Shown here piece after piece: positions 10,901 through 20,942 of a stretch of 64,000 bases of DNA. Location: IMG/VR virus record IMGVR_UViG_2808606549_000001, positions 32,001 to 96,000 of that record; one strand, written 5' to 3'. This DNA is from a virus. Lineage: Duplodnaviria; Caudoviricetes. A program made the position numbers and the translations under genes. Below the pieces are notes generated by a model. That model did not search any database and was not told where the DNA came from. It saw nothing but the letters and a program-made list of their open reading frames with translations. Each line of letters starts with the position of its first letter. Position 1 is the stretch's first letter.

Positions 10901-11113
10901 TGCTTCTGTTCCAAAGATGAACTTAAGACCATTATTTTTTGCTAAGTCATATGTCTGAAAGTATCGTCCTTGGAAGCCGTGTTCAAGGCTGCTAAGAATC
11001 TTATGATCTAATTCCTTTGTGCGTTTTACATAGTCATGAACATTTACTGCACAGTCGGGAGTATAGATGTTGGATGCATCGGTGTGCCGATGGTAGTTAC
11101 AGAAGATGCACAA
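7925..11113 (-). CDS. dnaE: DNA polymerase III alpha subunit (DnaE, YorL-like)
   Basis: PHP domain (YHRHT, EHG, GTEAY, DSH), GRGSG, LPDLD, HPCG, GYGFNASHAYSY. Confidence 0.95.
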   Translation of the reverse strand: MCIFCNYHRHTDASNIYTPDCAVNVHDYVKRTKELDHKILSSLEHGFQGRYFQTYDLAKNNGLKFIFGTEAYWVKDRFEKDNTNSHICIFAKSEKGRRDINRILSEANISGYYYKPRIDLDLISTIDPNEVLVTSACIAFWHYEDIDKIVSDLHSYFGSNFMLEVQAHNTEPQKELHKKILQISNKRNIELIAGCDSHFIYPEQAIDRDNVLEAKGIRYEQEDGWYMDYPDGETLKKRFIEQGVLSEEQIDASIKNTMRFMDFDDYDSDKIKVFSKEIKLPTLYPELSQQERDQKYKQLLNQKWREVKVKIDPSKHQKYIEEIRKEGEVVVNTGMSDYFLIDHEIVKEAVGMGGIITSTGRGSGVSFYTNTLLGFSQVDRIASPVQLYPERFMSESRILQTKSLPDLDMNLGNPEVFIQAQNKVLGEGHSYPMIAYGTFKRKSGFKLYAKSQNLPFEIANEVSQQLEKYEADLKYAEDDEKDLIDVYDYVDEKHHNLIKESEKYTGIISDKKPHPCGHLLYQGNIKEEIGLILLKSESTKKEVLAALVDGEIAEYFKFLKNDLLKVDVVKTNYDTYKRINKPIHTETELLDEIKNNEKVWKIYEDGLTVGINQVEKYSTTQKVKKYKPKNISELTAFIAAIRPSFKSMYHVFESRQPFSYGIKSFDDLIQTEEMKNSFVLYQEQTMATLAYAGFPTDETYGIIKAISKKKPDVVKPLKDRFLKGFSEKIIERENRSLDEALEMSEQVWKIIEDSSGYGFNASHAYSYALDSVYCAYLKSHHTIYFYETLLRHFSAKKNKEKVSALKEEMQRGFGILDGGFKFGYDNRMFVANEDENKIYSDLSSIKYMNVKVAEELYELGKKSYDSFVDLLVDIEENTSINTRQLDILVKINYFSKFGGNNELLKIVELFSTGKETYKKTHKDATKIKRLEIIKERASEIFLTLKEKKIPPNEQIEFEKEVMGYAQTIYPELDEYHGVITEINTQYSPRLTIYNLINGTENVAKLNKKEYSNSNLKVGSIINNLRIEYTNKKKPNPNGGFDVLPEKEPWITQFRIVNGGILK

Positions 11114-11220
11114 TTAGTTGTTACACTCCTTTCAAAAATCAGATGAAACGGCAATTTTATTGGAATTTTGACACAAAATATAGATATTTCATCAAGTCAT
11201 AACACTATATATAGTGTCAT

Positions 11221-11586
11221 TCACTCAACGCCGCGAATAATTTCTCTCCAATATACCCTAGTGGGATCTGGCTTTAGGCAATCAATCAAGTGTTGTGCTG
11301 CAACTTGTGGCATTGCCGTATCTCCGCAAGTGTAGACGTCGAATGAAGCAAATCCTTGAGATGGATATGTATGGATGTCATAACTTGATTCCTGAAGCAA
11401 AAACATAATAGTCACACCGTTTGGAATGAAGTGTTTTTCGATGTGTCCGAGAATAGTTGCATTCGCTTTCTCTAAAGCTTCTCTTGATAAGTCTCTTAGC
11501 ATATCGATATTGTCTAATGTACCTGCATCAACTCCCCACATATCAACATGAATTGATAATCCACGAGTCCCGTACTCTTGTTCCAA
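11221..11586 (-). CDS. speD: S-adenosylmethionine decarboxylase proenzyme (class 1b SpeD/SpeH family)
   Basis: F.PNGVT..FLLQE-SSYDIHTYP..GFASFDVYTCG. Confidence 0.85.
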   Translation of the reverse strand: MEQEYGTRGLSIHVDMWGVDAGTLDNIDMLRDLSREALEKANATILGHIEKHFIPNGVTIMFLLQESSYDIHTYPSQGFASFDVYTCGDTAMPQVAAQHLIDCLKPDPTRVYWREIIRGVE

Positions 11587-11597
11587 CTATCTTCCTC

Positions 11598-11972
11598 CTA
11601 TACACTCATCTTTTCGAATCTGCCATCCGGCAATGAATACACCACGGATTTTAAGTTAAACTTCTTCAAGTATTCTTGGCAGTGTCTGCAAGGCTTCGAT
11701 AAAATGGCCTTACCGCATTTCCAACCTGCCACATACAGGATTGCACCTTTTATCTCATCTGGGTCTAATTCACATAGAACCATCAATTCAGCATGTGATT
11801 GACGGTCTTTGTAAATTGGATCGATAAGTTCTCCAGCCTTTGTTTTATTCCCTTCTACTTTTAGCAGTTTCCCTCCGACCACTAAACATGCGATATGACG
11901 GTATGGATTGTTTACTTGGTGTCTCTCTGCTTTCTTCAGACAGTAAGTTATCCATCGTTTATCCCTACTCAT
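11598..11972 (-). CDS. Cytidine/deoxycytidylate deaminase-fold protein
   Basis: HAE and PCRHC zinc motifs. Confidence 0.75.
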   Translation of the reverse strand: MSRDKRWITYCLKKAERHQVNNPYRHIACLVVGGKLLKVEGNKTKAGELIDPIYKDRQSHAELMVLCELDPDEIKGAILYVAGWKCGKAILSKPCRHCQEYLKKFNLKSVVYSLPDGRFEKMSV

Positions 11973-12236
11973 ATCAATTCCTCACATATGTATTATTTAT
12001 TTTTAATTGTCGATGAATTATTCCTTTTATCATAATTTTTTTATTCTTTAAAAATCAACTTGTCATTTATCCAGTGTGTTATATATCCCCTATCGGACTC
12101 TATGCTATTTAAACTATTTTGCAACTCTTTTGCTTTGTCATATTTCATTGTAGCTAAAAATACAATTCCGCTTCTTCCCTGAACTACATATATGGTTTCT
12201 TGATTCATTTACTCCACTCCCCATCAAATTGTTCTT

Positions 12237-13511
12237 TTATGGCCCAAAAGGATCATTGTCACCTTCGTTATCTAGCAGAAATTTATAGTCCACATAAGGA
12301 ACTTCCCTTACCACCTGACAAGCCTTTAATGTAACTGTATCATCACTAACGTCAGCAAAGTCATCGACCTCAAAGCGAACCTCAAGTAGTGCTCGATTAT
12401 CTCTTGTGCTATACGGTGACTCATTAATATTTTTTAGTTCATTGAAATATAGAACCGGAGTTCCATAGCTATAACTACTGCCTTTCGGAACTGCCCTCTC
12501 GCCAATCTTATACTCAAAGGCACTATCGTAGAAACTGAAATATTGCTCTCCGCGTTTCTCAACAAACTTATAAAGTCGCTTATTGAATAGAACTTCTCGA
12601 TGATCTACTTTTATGCCATTGGAAGGTTCTTTACTAACCTTTTTCATTCCGCCATGACCAAACAGTCGATATGTATTATTGTTAAAGATAAAGTATTTAA
12701 CTGGCTGCTTTCGGATATTATCAATCAGTTCATCAACATTCTCAATTGTCTGAGGTTCTGGAGCTTTAAAATAATCTTCACTTGTCGAAAGTTTTGAAAT
12801 GTTTTTGATTGCTTGCGAGATCGAAAACTCATCTGTATCCTTAAACATCTTATCGTAATTTTCGCCATACATTCCGCCAATGTGTTCTTTAAGTTCTGCA
12901 TAGGAAGTGATGTTAAGTCCAATGCAAGAAAGCATAACCTTCACTAGTTCAGCCTTAGAAATGTAATAACCCTTATCTCTGTATTTTTGGACTCGCAACA
13001 TTGAAACTAATGGATAGGCCGTGTTCTCGTTGTAAATCAGAATCTTTTGCGAGTTATGCTTGAAGAATTCATTGTGAAAGTAGAACAGTTCATCCTTGAA
13101 ATCAAAAGCCCCCATGCAAACCGTATAATCAAAGGTCTCAAAGATTTCATCGGCGCTATTGAAATATTTAAAGTGGATGAGTTGTACGTCTTTAGAATTT
13201 TTCCATCGGATTAGTGTTGCTTTACTCGTAGAAGCCACAAACCAACCACTACTGCTACTATAGTTTTCCTCAATAAAATCGATCAAGTCTTCCTCTTTGC
13301 GGAAGTAAACATCAATATCATTGATTTCTCGATTACACATCAGACTTGTAATGGTGCCGCCAGCGATAAAGCAGTTGTATGACTTCAGTTCAGTTACCAA
13401 ACTTTTACCTAGATGATTATATAGTTTATTCTTTTCAAATTGATACAGTTCCCGTTTCCTGACTTCCTCTTGTTTCTTCAAAATTTCATCAAGTTGGATA
13501 CCAATGCTCAA
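12237..13511 (-). CDS. Nucleotidyltransferase-like (Pol-beta fold) protein with extra C-terminal domain
   Basis: IAGGTI....REINDIDVYF (GG..DxD) and FDYTVC motifs. Confidence 0.65.
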   Translation of the reverse strand: MSIGIQLDEILKKQEEVRKRELYQFEKNKLYNHLGKSLVTELKSYNCFIAGGTITSLMCNREINDIDVYFRKEEDLIDFIEENYSSSSGWFVASTSKATLIRWKNSKDVQLIHFKYFNSADEIFETFDYTVCMGAFDFKDELFYFHNEFFKHNSQKILIYNENTAYPLVSMLRVQKYRDKGYYISKAELVKVMLSCIGLNITSYAELKEHIGGMYGENYDKMFKDTDEFSISQAIKNISKLSTSEDYFKAPEPQTIENVDELIDNIRKQPVKYFIFNNNTYRLFGHGGMKKVSKEPSNGIKVDHREVLFNKRLYKFVEKRGEQYFSFYDSAFEYKIGERAVPKGSSYSYGTPVLYFNELKNINESPYSTRDNRALLEVRFEVDDFADVSDDTVTLKACQVVREVPYVDYKFLLDNEGDNDPFGP

Positions 13512-13576
13512 TGTTTTATTCTCCCTTTATCATTGTATATTTGAATTTGAATTGCCATGAAATGAGACATTTATTG

Positions 13577-14305
13577 TTAGTCTTTACTAAATTGATTAAT
13601 TGTCAAATATACCAGCATATCTTTTGAAAGACCTTCTTCTTTAAGTGCTCGAATAGTCTTTACTTTCTTTATGGCGATCTTGTAATTATCCATCATTGCA
13701 ATCGAAAACGCCTCACTGAATCCTAGTTCTTTCATTAACTCAAGAAATTTGTTTCTTGCGAATATCTCATAAGAAGTATTGATACAGATATCATAATCAT
13801 TTTGATTTTCTACAAAAGGATATTGATATGAAATTCGTTCTTTTAGATCGTCGTATGTAAGTTCCTCGATAATCTCAATTTGTTTGGAAGATAATTTAGA
13901 ATCATCGTTATTAAGCCTATAACCATATTTATGATATTTTTGTGCTGACGCCGCTTTATCTGCATCAGTCTTTTTAACTAACCCTCTTACCTTAAAGTAT
14001 CTGTTTTTAAAATCCAATCCATAATAATCAAATACATTATCTAGATTCAAGCAAAAATGAAAGCCAGAGTAGCATAATCGAACAGCCCCCTCATAGGTAT
14101 ACGTCTTGCCAATTTCAAATTGAAAATCCCTACATATCATATTTTCATCCATACCCTTGTAACCTTCCACCCAAATCCATTCATCATCAACATTTTTCGT
14201 TTCTAAAGACGCCTCGTTGGATACAGATAAATTCTCATCATTGTTGGTCTTTTTTTCCTCTACCTCAATCGATGATGTTTCCACTGTCCTTTTCTTCCAA
14301 AACAT
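13577..14305 (-). CDS. Phage protein with YKG...C..FQFEIG..Y...C.SGFHFC domain (DUF7666-like)
   Basis: Characteristic GYKGMD..C.DFQFEIGKTY and SGFHFC motifs. Confidence 0.55.
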   Translation of the reverse strand: MFWKKRTVETSSIEVEEKKTNNDENLSVSNEASLETKNVDDEWIWVEGYKGMDENMICRDFQFEIGKTYTYEGAVRLCYSGFHFCLNLDNVFDYYGLDFKNRYFKVRGLVKKTDADKAASAQKYHKYGYRLNNDDSKLSSKQIEIIEELTYDDLKERISYQYPFVENQNDYDICINTSYEIFARNKFLELMKELGFSEAFSIAMMDNYKIAIKKVKTIRALKEEGLSKDMLVYLTINQFSKD

Positions 14306-14359
14306 TTTATATCGCCTCTAATTATTATTTTTTATTTCCACATGAAATCTGGTTTTTAT

Positions 14360-17300
14360 GGGTTCTCAATTGCTAATATAAATCCAAGGTCGAACATGAA
14401 TACTCCAAATAACAACGTATAGTATAATGACTTATCTTTTTTGGTAATCGTAAGAATCAAAGTCAAAATGACTAAAATCAGAAGCGTTAGAGAGATTATT
14501 TGAGAAGTATTCAATTAGGGCTCCCCTTTTTTAAATTATTCATCAACAATCTCGAATTCCCAAAACCCACTTTCGCCTTCTAGATAGTTTTCTAATTTTA
14601 AAAGGTCTTCGTCCCAGGCTTTATAATCGGGGATTTCAACATAAAAACCACCTTCATTTTTCTTCACAATTGCCAGTCTGCCATACTCTCCATCATGGAA
14701 TGGTCTTAATTTATGTTCAGCACATATATCTCGACCGTATCTGTCCTTGTATGCCGATTTCACTGATTCACCTCACAATGTCCGATAATACATTCTCTGA
14801 TTTTTACTCTTCCCAACAAATTGTACAGGGGAAGTTTTCATTCTTATTGATCATTTCTTTTAGTGAATACAATACTGGCTCATCCTTGCCTTCACATTCA
14901 CTACATCCATCATTGCAACACATCACCATTTCGAAATCCATTTCTTTAAGGGTTAGACGCTTGATTCTGAGTTGACAACTATCCTCTTCACCTTCGTCCA
15001 TTTCACCGAAGAATAGATTTTCGGGGTAGCAGGTTTCTTCGATGTAATGTGAAAGGGCAATGTCTGCATTCTTCGCTGCTATATATCTTTCATTTATCTT
15101 GTAAACGTTCAAAACCATATCCCTCCTTTAACACTTTATCTGGAGAGGTCATAGCAATGTTCTTCGCCATTTTAGTGGCGCACTTTAAACAAATTTTCGG
15201 AGTGGCTGTATTGCTCCACATCTCTTCTACTCCACAGAATGCACAAATATATTTAGTAATTGCTGCCCCACCAATCCCACTTCGTGAATGTTGAATGGCA
15301 TAAGCCATTTTTTTCACATCGATTGGAGATTGCTTCAGTTTTATCTTCTCTTCAAGTAGACACATTACTTCGATATGTTTATTGGATTCTTGTGCAGAAA
15401 GCTCTTCCCACGACATTTCAGATCCGAACACTTCTTTTAATGTTTCTATGTAGGCATCTTTATGTCCACGTTTCTTATGCTTAATAGAATCGAGAAACCA
15501 TGTATCTAATGACAATCCTTTCACCATCCTCATGAAATTTAACATTCATCTACTTACGATAACAGAACAAGCCATAAATCCTCCGATAAATATCCATAGA
15601 GCGAAGAAGAATAACGCGATTACCTTTTCGAGTTTATTTGGTTCCGTAACAACTGATTTACCAAACATAAAAGAGAAAAGTAGAAATGCTAAAATTGCTA
15701 TAACTTCATTCAAAATACTAAATTTTATTCCTCCAATCAAATTCACTTTTCATTGTACTTGTCTAATTGCTTGAGTAGTTGATCTAACTTAGGATTATCT
15801 ATCATGCAGTCATTGCAATAACCTGCGTACATCAACAACTCTTTTTCTACTTCGGAGCGATTAATTTTACTGCGGTAATCTCGTATGGTCGTCATAAATG
15901 TTCTATTGAGGAATGTTTGCGTCTTTTGATACTCGCTAATAATTTCTTTTTGCAGATCAATTATGGCGTCTTTTTTTGAACTGTCCAAAGAATCACCCCA
16001 TTTCCCCATGAAAATCACATTTCATTGGCACTTATTATGTATTTCATCTTGAATAGTCGGAGTAAAATTATTCGCCATCTGATGCTCATAAACTCCGAAC
16101 ATCATCCAATCAAGTGTATCTGCATAGCCGACAAATTCTAAGTCTTCTGCTTTTTCATAATACCCATTTACCATAATATCGTTTGAAACTATGTATTTTT
16201 TATTTTTCTTATTATAGACTGCCATCCATATTTCTTTTTGTAACTTTGACTCATTATTCTTCATACTTGAGAAAAAGAAAAATCCAGGAGTCGTTGATTC
16301 TTCTTTTTTAAATACTTTATAAACGCTCACGCCGCTAAGTTGCCTATAGATTTCCTCCGATTTCATCATCTTTTCTTTCCTCCTGTTGGAGTGTATTTTA
16401 TTATGTCACAATAAATCTTCCTGGTTATCTTCCATCTGATCTACTATTTGTCTAAGATCCTGCCTGTAGTCATTCACGTGTTTCACAATTCGATTGCGAA
16501 GTGTGCTGCTATTTAACTTTAGAGCCTTATTAATAATTTCAGAACAGAGTCCAATTTGGTTATAAACTTCATCAACGGTCAATTCGAATCACCTTCTATG
16601 ATATTAACTTGCTAATCATATCGATATGTATTAAACGCATATTTCATTTACTTGATAATAATGCCTGAGTTTAAGTCGTTCACTTACCTTGTGCTCCGTT
16701 TTAACCTTTGCCATTCCGATAACTTCATTATTTTTAACAAATACAATGCGATTGTGATAATGGTAAAGCATTGTACCGTCCCGTTTAATTTTAATTCTTC
16801 GACCAAGATCAACACTTCGTTGAATTTTATAATCAAGCTCCTCGAAGGAATCACATTTAAGAGTGCTCAACGGACAATATTCTTTCCATAGTTCTCTTGC
16901 TCGTTCAGTGATATTAATTTTCATGCTTCGTCTCCTCTTTTCTTATGAAATAGAAGTTTTATCGAAATAGTAAATTGTAAAGCACCTTTTCTCCATCAAT
17001 TATTTCAGCGTGTTCTTTGCTTATCTTTTCTTTCCAACTCTCAGCAAATTGCTTTGCCTCTGCTAAATCCTCAAAACCTCTGCCTAAAGCAGCACTATAC
17101 GAACCCTCATTCAACTTCTTTTGATAAAAGTTGTATTCAAATTCATCCTTATATTTTCTTCCGAAATAAAAAGGGTCTTTCCATGAAAAGCAAGGACTGT
17201 TCCCTTTCCAGGGGTCTGCCCACAATTCCACTGATAAGGGGATACCACAAGAAACACCTTTAATTATCACGCTATAGCGTCCCTGGTAAGTCTCACTTTT

Positions 17301-18607
17301 TTGTCTCGACGTACTTGCGTGTTCGCGAACTGTAACTCTAAAGAAATGCATTAAAGATTTAAATTGATGCGTCTCTCTCCAAACGAACGCTTTATAAATT
17401 GAGGGAGATTCAAATGCAGTATTCCAATAGTTATCGATTTCGTATATGTCATTTTCCTGAAACCAGTATGGTTTATTCTTAATTACCCATTCGTATTCGT
17501 TAATTTAAATCACCTCTAGACTTGATAATAGTTATCTAAGAGTTTTCCTGTGGCTGCTTCTTCAACATGTGATACCCAATCAAGAGTTCTGAGTAGGTGG
17601 TAATTTTTTTCGCCACATTTCAATCCAACAATGTCCGTATATTTCGATGTATACACGACTTCTCCGTACTTCTCTAATCGTTCTAAATTCTTGGCGTCTT
17701 TTAGCCTTAATAGAACACTTACCATTATGTATCACCCCATGAAATCTGAGTTTCGTCTAATTATTGATATTTCTTTAGATAATAGTATTCATAAAGATCG
17801 ATTGCGTTAAAAACTGTTAACAGCCCTGCAAATGAAAACCAAAACCAAGGAGTAACCGTATTTTCAAAAATTAAACCAGAGATGGCGATTCCATATAAAA
17901 TGATATTGATGCCGATGGTGAAATAAATCTGGAACTTAACAGGTGGAACCTTAAGTCTTTTCAGTGTTCATCTTCTCCTCTTTACGTTTAATAATCGTGA
18001 TGACAAAATAAATAGCCCACATTATTGAACTGAAATACCATGCCCAAGGATCGGTCAGAAAAGGAATTTTAAATATCGCAAATGAAAGTGATATAAGCAT
18101 AAGACCTGCTGAATAAATCAGCGTCCAAATATATTCTCTTCGACTCAATGTTTCTTTGCTCCCAACGAAAGATTTTCAACGGATTCTAAACTCGGATTCC
18201 AACCAAATTAACTAATTTCCCTGTCTTTTTAACCTTAAACTTCTTTGGGGCCTCATCTTGGTATTTCAAAAGTTCTTCATACGTCTCTTCGGTAAATTTA
18301 TAAATCTGGCCCTCATACTTTACAGAATCATCAATCAGAAAGTTTGTAGCATGAGGAATATCTCCTTCCCATGTGAGGGCTGCAAGTGCATATGTCTCTT
18401 TTGAATACTTGGTCATCTAATTGTCTCCATCAGTTTTGACTTTTTAACTTTATTGCGCTTCTCCCATCGACTCCGAGCAAGCATTAGATCATATGGCATG
18501 ACAACCGATTCAACACATTTGTTTACGTAATTATCATCAGGCTCAAGGCAATAATCCAAACGGTAGTCATATTGAATGTCTTCGATCCAACTTTTCATTT
18601 TTAACAC
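14360..18607 (-). other. Cluster of small accessory ORFs (14536, 14804, 15090, 15546, 15743, 16022, 16631, 16959, 17516, 17951, 18186, 18413)
   Basis: Co-oriented short ORFs with RBSs; several junctions carry the 18-bp site; 14536 is YopX-like and 17516 YlbG-like (both weak). Confidence 0.65.
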
Positions 18608-18617
18608 CTCATATGTA

Positions 18618-19214
18618 TTATTTTAATATAAGTGCTTTTTGTGCATTAGCACAATGAATGCATATGTAAGATTTTGAAGACTTAGACTTTTTACGACTGA
18701 AATCAACGCGAGGATAAACATCTTTGCAGCAATCACATTTCAATAAGAGTCTCCGTCTGCTATGAAGCATTTTGGTGTACTCAATTGCAATTTTATTCTC
18801 TGTCATGTCTTCAAAACCAAGCATCGATTGTCTGCTTAAATTGTGAGCCTTGTTGTCTGCGCTAGGAGTGTAAAGCAGTTGCACAGTTGGATTAAGTTTC
18901 AGTTCTGAGAAGATTTCACTAAGGAAGGGATCGTTTGAATATTTGTCAGGACGATTTATCTGCTCAATAGCATTCATACAATCAGTATACAATTTTACAT
19001 TTTTAATTTTCAATCTTCTGATTGTTCGAAATGCTTCGCGTAAACCTATGTATTCAGCTTCCATTGATGTCTTTGCTTCAACTGCGAAACGTGATTGATA
19101 AATTAACTGCTTACTTCGGAGGAGTTTAAAACCAACTCCTGCTGAATCCCGATATGATCCATCTACATATGCTTTGTACATTCTCCACCTCCTTGGTATA
19201 AAAAGAAAGTCCAT
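18618..19214 (-). CDS. RNase HI-like protein with C-terminal Zn finger; probable start 19181
   Basis: YVDGS, AEY.GL, YTDC, N.AH.LSR; CDCC...CIHC. Confidence 0.75.
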   Translation of the reverse strand: MDFLFIPRRWRMYKAYVDGSYRDSAGVGFKLLRSKQLIYQSRFAVEAKTSMEAEYIGLREAFRTIRRLKIKNVKLYTDCMNAIEQINRPDKYSNDPFLSEIFSELKLNPTVQLLYTPSADNKAHNLSRQSMLGFEDMTENKIAIEYTKMLHSRRRLLLKCDCCKDVYPRVDFSRKKSKSSKSYICIHCANAQKALILK

Positions 19215-19299
19215 AAATCATTTGGTAAGATTTATAGACTGATCGTATCACGAGTATTTTGTTTTTGCAAGAACTTTTTTACATTATTTATTTTAAAAT

Positions 19300-20097
19300 T
19301 TAAATTGCTACAGGAGCTTTAATTCCAGGGTGAGAATCGTATCCATCAAGAATGAAATCACTTGGAGTGAAGGCAAACAAATCTTTCACAGTAGGGTTCA
19401 GATACATCTTAGGAAGTACTCTTGGTTCGCGTGATATTTGAAGTTTAACCTGTTCAATATGATTGGAGTAAATATGTACATCTCCACCACTATAAATAAG
19501 CTCCCCCACCTCTAGTCCGGTCACTTGGGCCATCATCATAGTTAGCAGAGCATAAGAAGCAATATTGAAAGGCAGCCCAAGGAACACGTCAGTGGATCTC
19601 ATTGTGAACATACAAGACAGTTTACCTTCAGACACATAGAATTGAAATACGAAATGACAAGGCGGCAGTTTCATCCGGTCGATCTCTGCCACGTTCCAGG
19701 CACTAACAAGGTGACGTCGAGAATCTGGATTAGTCTTAATCGATTGGATTACGTTGGCAATTTGATCGATAACTTTCCCCTCATTCGTTTCCCATGTTCG
19801 CCACTGTTTGCTGTAGATTGGGCCAAGTTCACCATCCTCATCAGCCCATTCGTCCCAAATGGTAACCCCGTATTTCTCTCTTAACTCATTGTTATTAGTC
19901 GAACCAGAGATGAACCACAATAATTCGCCAATAATTGATTTAATGTGAGTTCTTTTTGTTGTAACAAGCGGAAATCCTTCTTGTAAATTAAATCTAAGTT
20001 GTCTTCCGAAAACAGAAATTGTCCCAGTACCTGTTCTATCACCTTTTTGTATTCCATTTTCTAAAATATCATTAAGCAAATCGATATATTGTTTCAT
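19300..20097 (-). CDS. thyA: Thymidylate synthase
   Basis: [38 protein letters not shown]. Confidence 0.97.
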   Translation of the reverse strand: MKQYIDLLNDILENGIQKGDRTGTGTISVFGRQLRFNLQEGFPLVTTKRTHIKSIIGELLWFISGSTNNNELREKYGVTIWDEWADEDGELGPIYSKQWRTWETNEGKVIDQIANVIQSIKTNPDSRRHLVSAWNVAEIDRMKLPPCHFVFQFYVSEGKLSCMFTMRSTDVFLGLPFNIASYALLTMMMAQVTGLEVGELIYSGGDVHIYSNHIEQVKLQISREPRVLPKMYLNPTVKDLFAFTPSDFILDGYDSHPGIKAPVAI

Positions 20098-20155
20098 TTC
20101 TCCTCCTATTTATTTTGTGATATAATTCAATTAATTAATTTAAGGAGTGATGTAA

Positions 20156-20455
20156 TTGGTAAAAGCATTTGAAGAGAAGCATATTAATGAGTTTAAAGAC
20201 AAATTAAACTCATTCATTGCACACGAAGAGCAAGGAATTGCATTTGAAAAAGAAGTTAATCCAGAAGCAAACACTTTGGTTCGTTCCGTTACCATCGGAG
20301 TCTTTAAGAATATTCTCAATATGTATGAGGAACACTTTAACAATGCTCCCAAGGTAAATGTAAGTCCCACTCCACCACGCAATACTGGCGCTAGGAGACC
20401 TGGAAGACCGAGAGGCGCCAACAAAGAAGCCGCTGCTGCATCTGAGCAACAATAA
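20156..20455 (+). CDS. Stand-alone small protein with C-terminal AT-hook-like motif
   Basis: Own -10 (TGaTATAAT near 20117-20125), RBS AAGGAG, RRPGRPRG motif, downstream terminator. Confidence 0.7.
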   Translation: MVKAFEEKHINEFKDKLNSFIAHEEQGIAFEKEVNPEANTLVRSVTIGVFKNILNMYEEHFNNAPKVNVSPTPPRNTGARRPGRPRGANKEAAAASEQQ

Positions 20456-20459
20456 TTAG

Positions 20460-20485
20460 AGAGGGGATATTCTCCCCTCTTTTTT
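20460..20485 (+). terminator. Rho-independent terminator
   Basis: AGAGGGGA-tattc-TCCCCTCT + T-run. Confidence 0.8.
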
Positions 20486-20514
20486 ATTTATTGTCCAACC
20501 TTTTTAATTTGTCT

Positions 20515-20904
20515 TTAAATCTCTTCATGGATTAGCGTTTCAGGAGGTTGCCACCCATCTGGCTTGATAATCTTATTATCACCTTCACGGAAACGAGGTT
20601 TCCCATCCGACCAGAGCTTGCTTAAATTCGCATTATTTACGACATCAAAAATTGGATCTGGCTTTACTCCGTGTTCAACCAATGTCCCAATAGCGAAGTA
20701 GATTAAATCGATAAGTCCGTCTACTTCATCATAAAGAGTTTCAGCATCCTTATACTCATCTAATTCCTCTTGCATCCATTTAATACGTGAAGTTTTGCGT
20801 TCATCTGTGAGTCGAGTTGGTGTCTCTGGTGCAGGTTGACCAAATGCCAAATGGAACTCACGAACTTGATTAAAATAACGATTGTCTGTGTATTCTTTAG
20901 TCAA
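20515..20904 (-). CDS. MazG-like all-alpha NTP pyrophosphohydrolase (dUTPase-like)
   Basis: VREFH..FG, EELDEY, DGLIDLIYF, ANLSK, KIIKP. Confidence 0.8.
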   Translation of the reverse strand: MTKEYTDNRYFNQVREFHLAFGQPAPETPTRLTDERKTSRIKWMQEELDEYKDAETLYDEVDGLIDLIYFAIGTLVEHGVKPDPIFDVVNNANLSKLWSDGKPRFREGDNKIIKPDGWQPPETLIHEEI

Positions 20905-20942
20905 CTAAATGCTCCTTTTATTGTAATTGCATTTTTAATATA

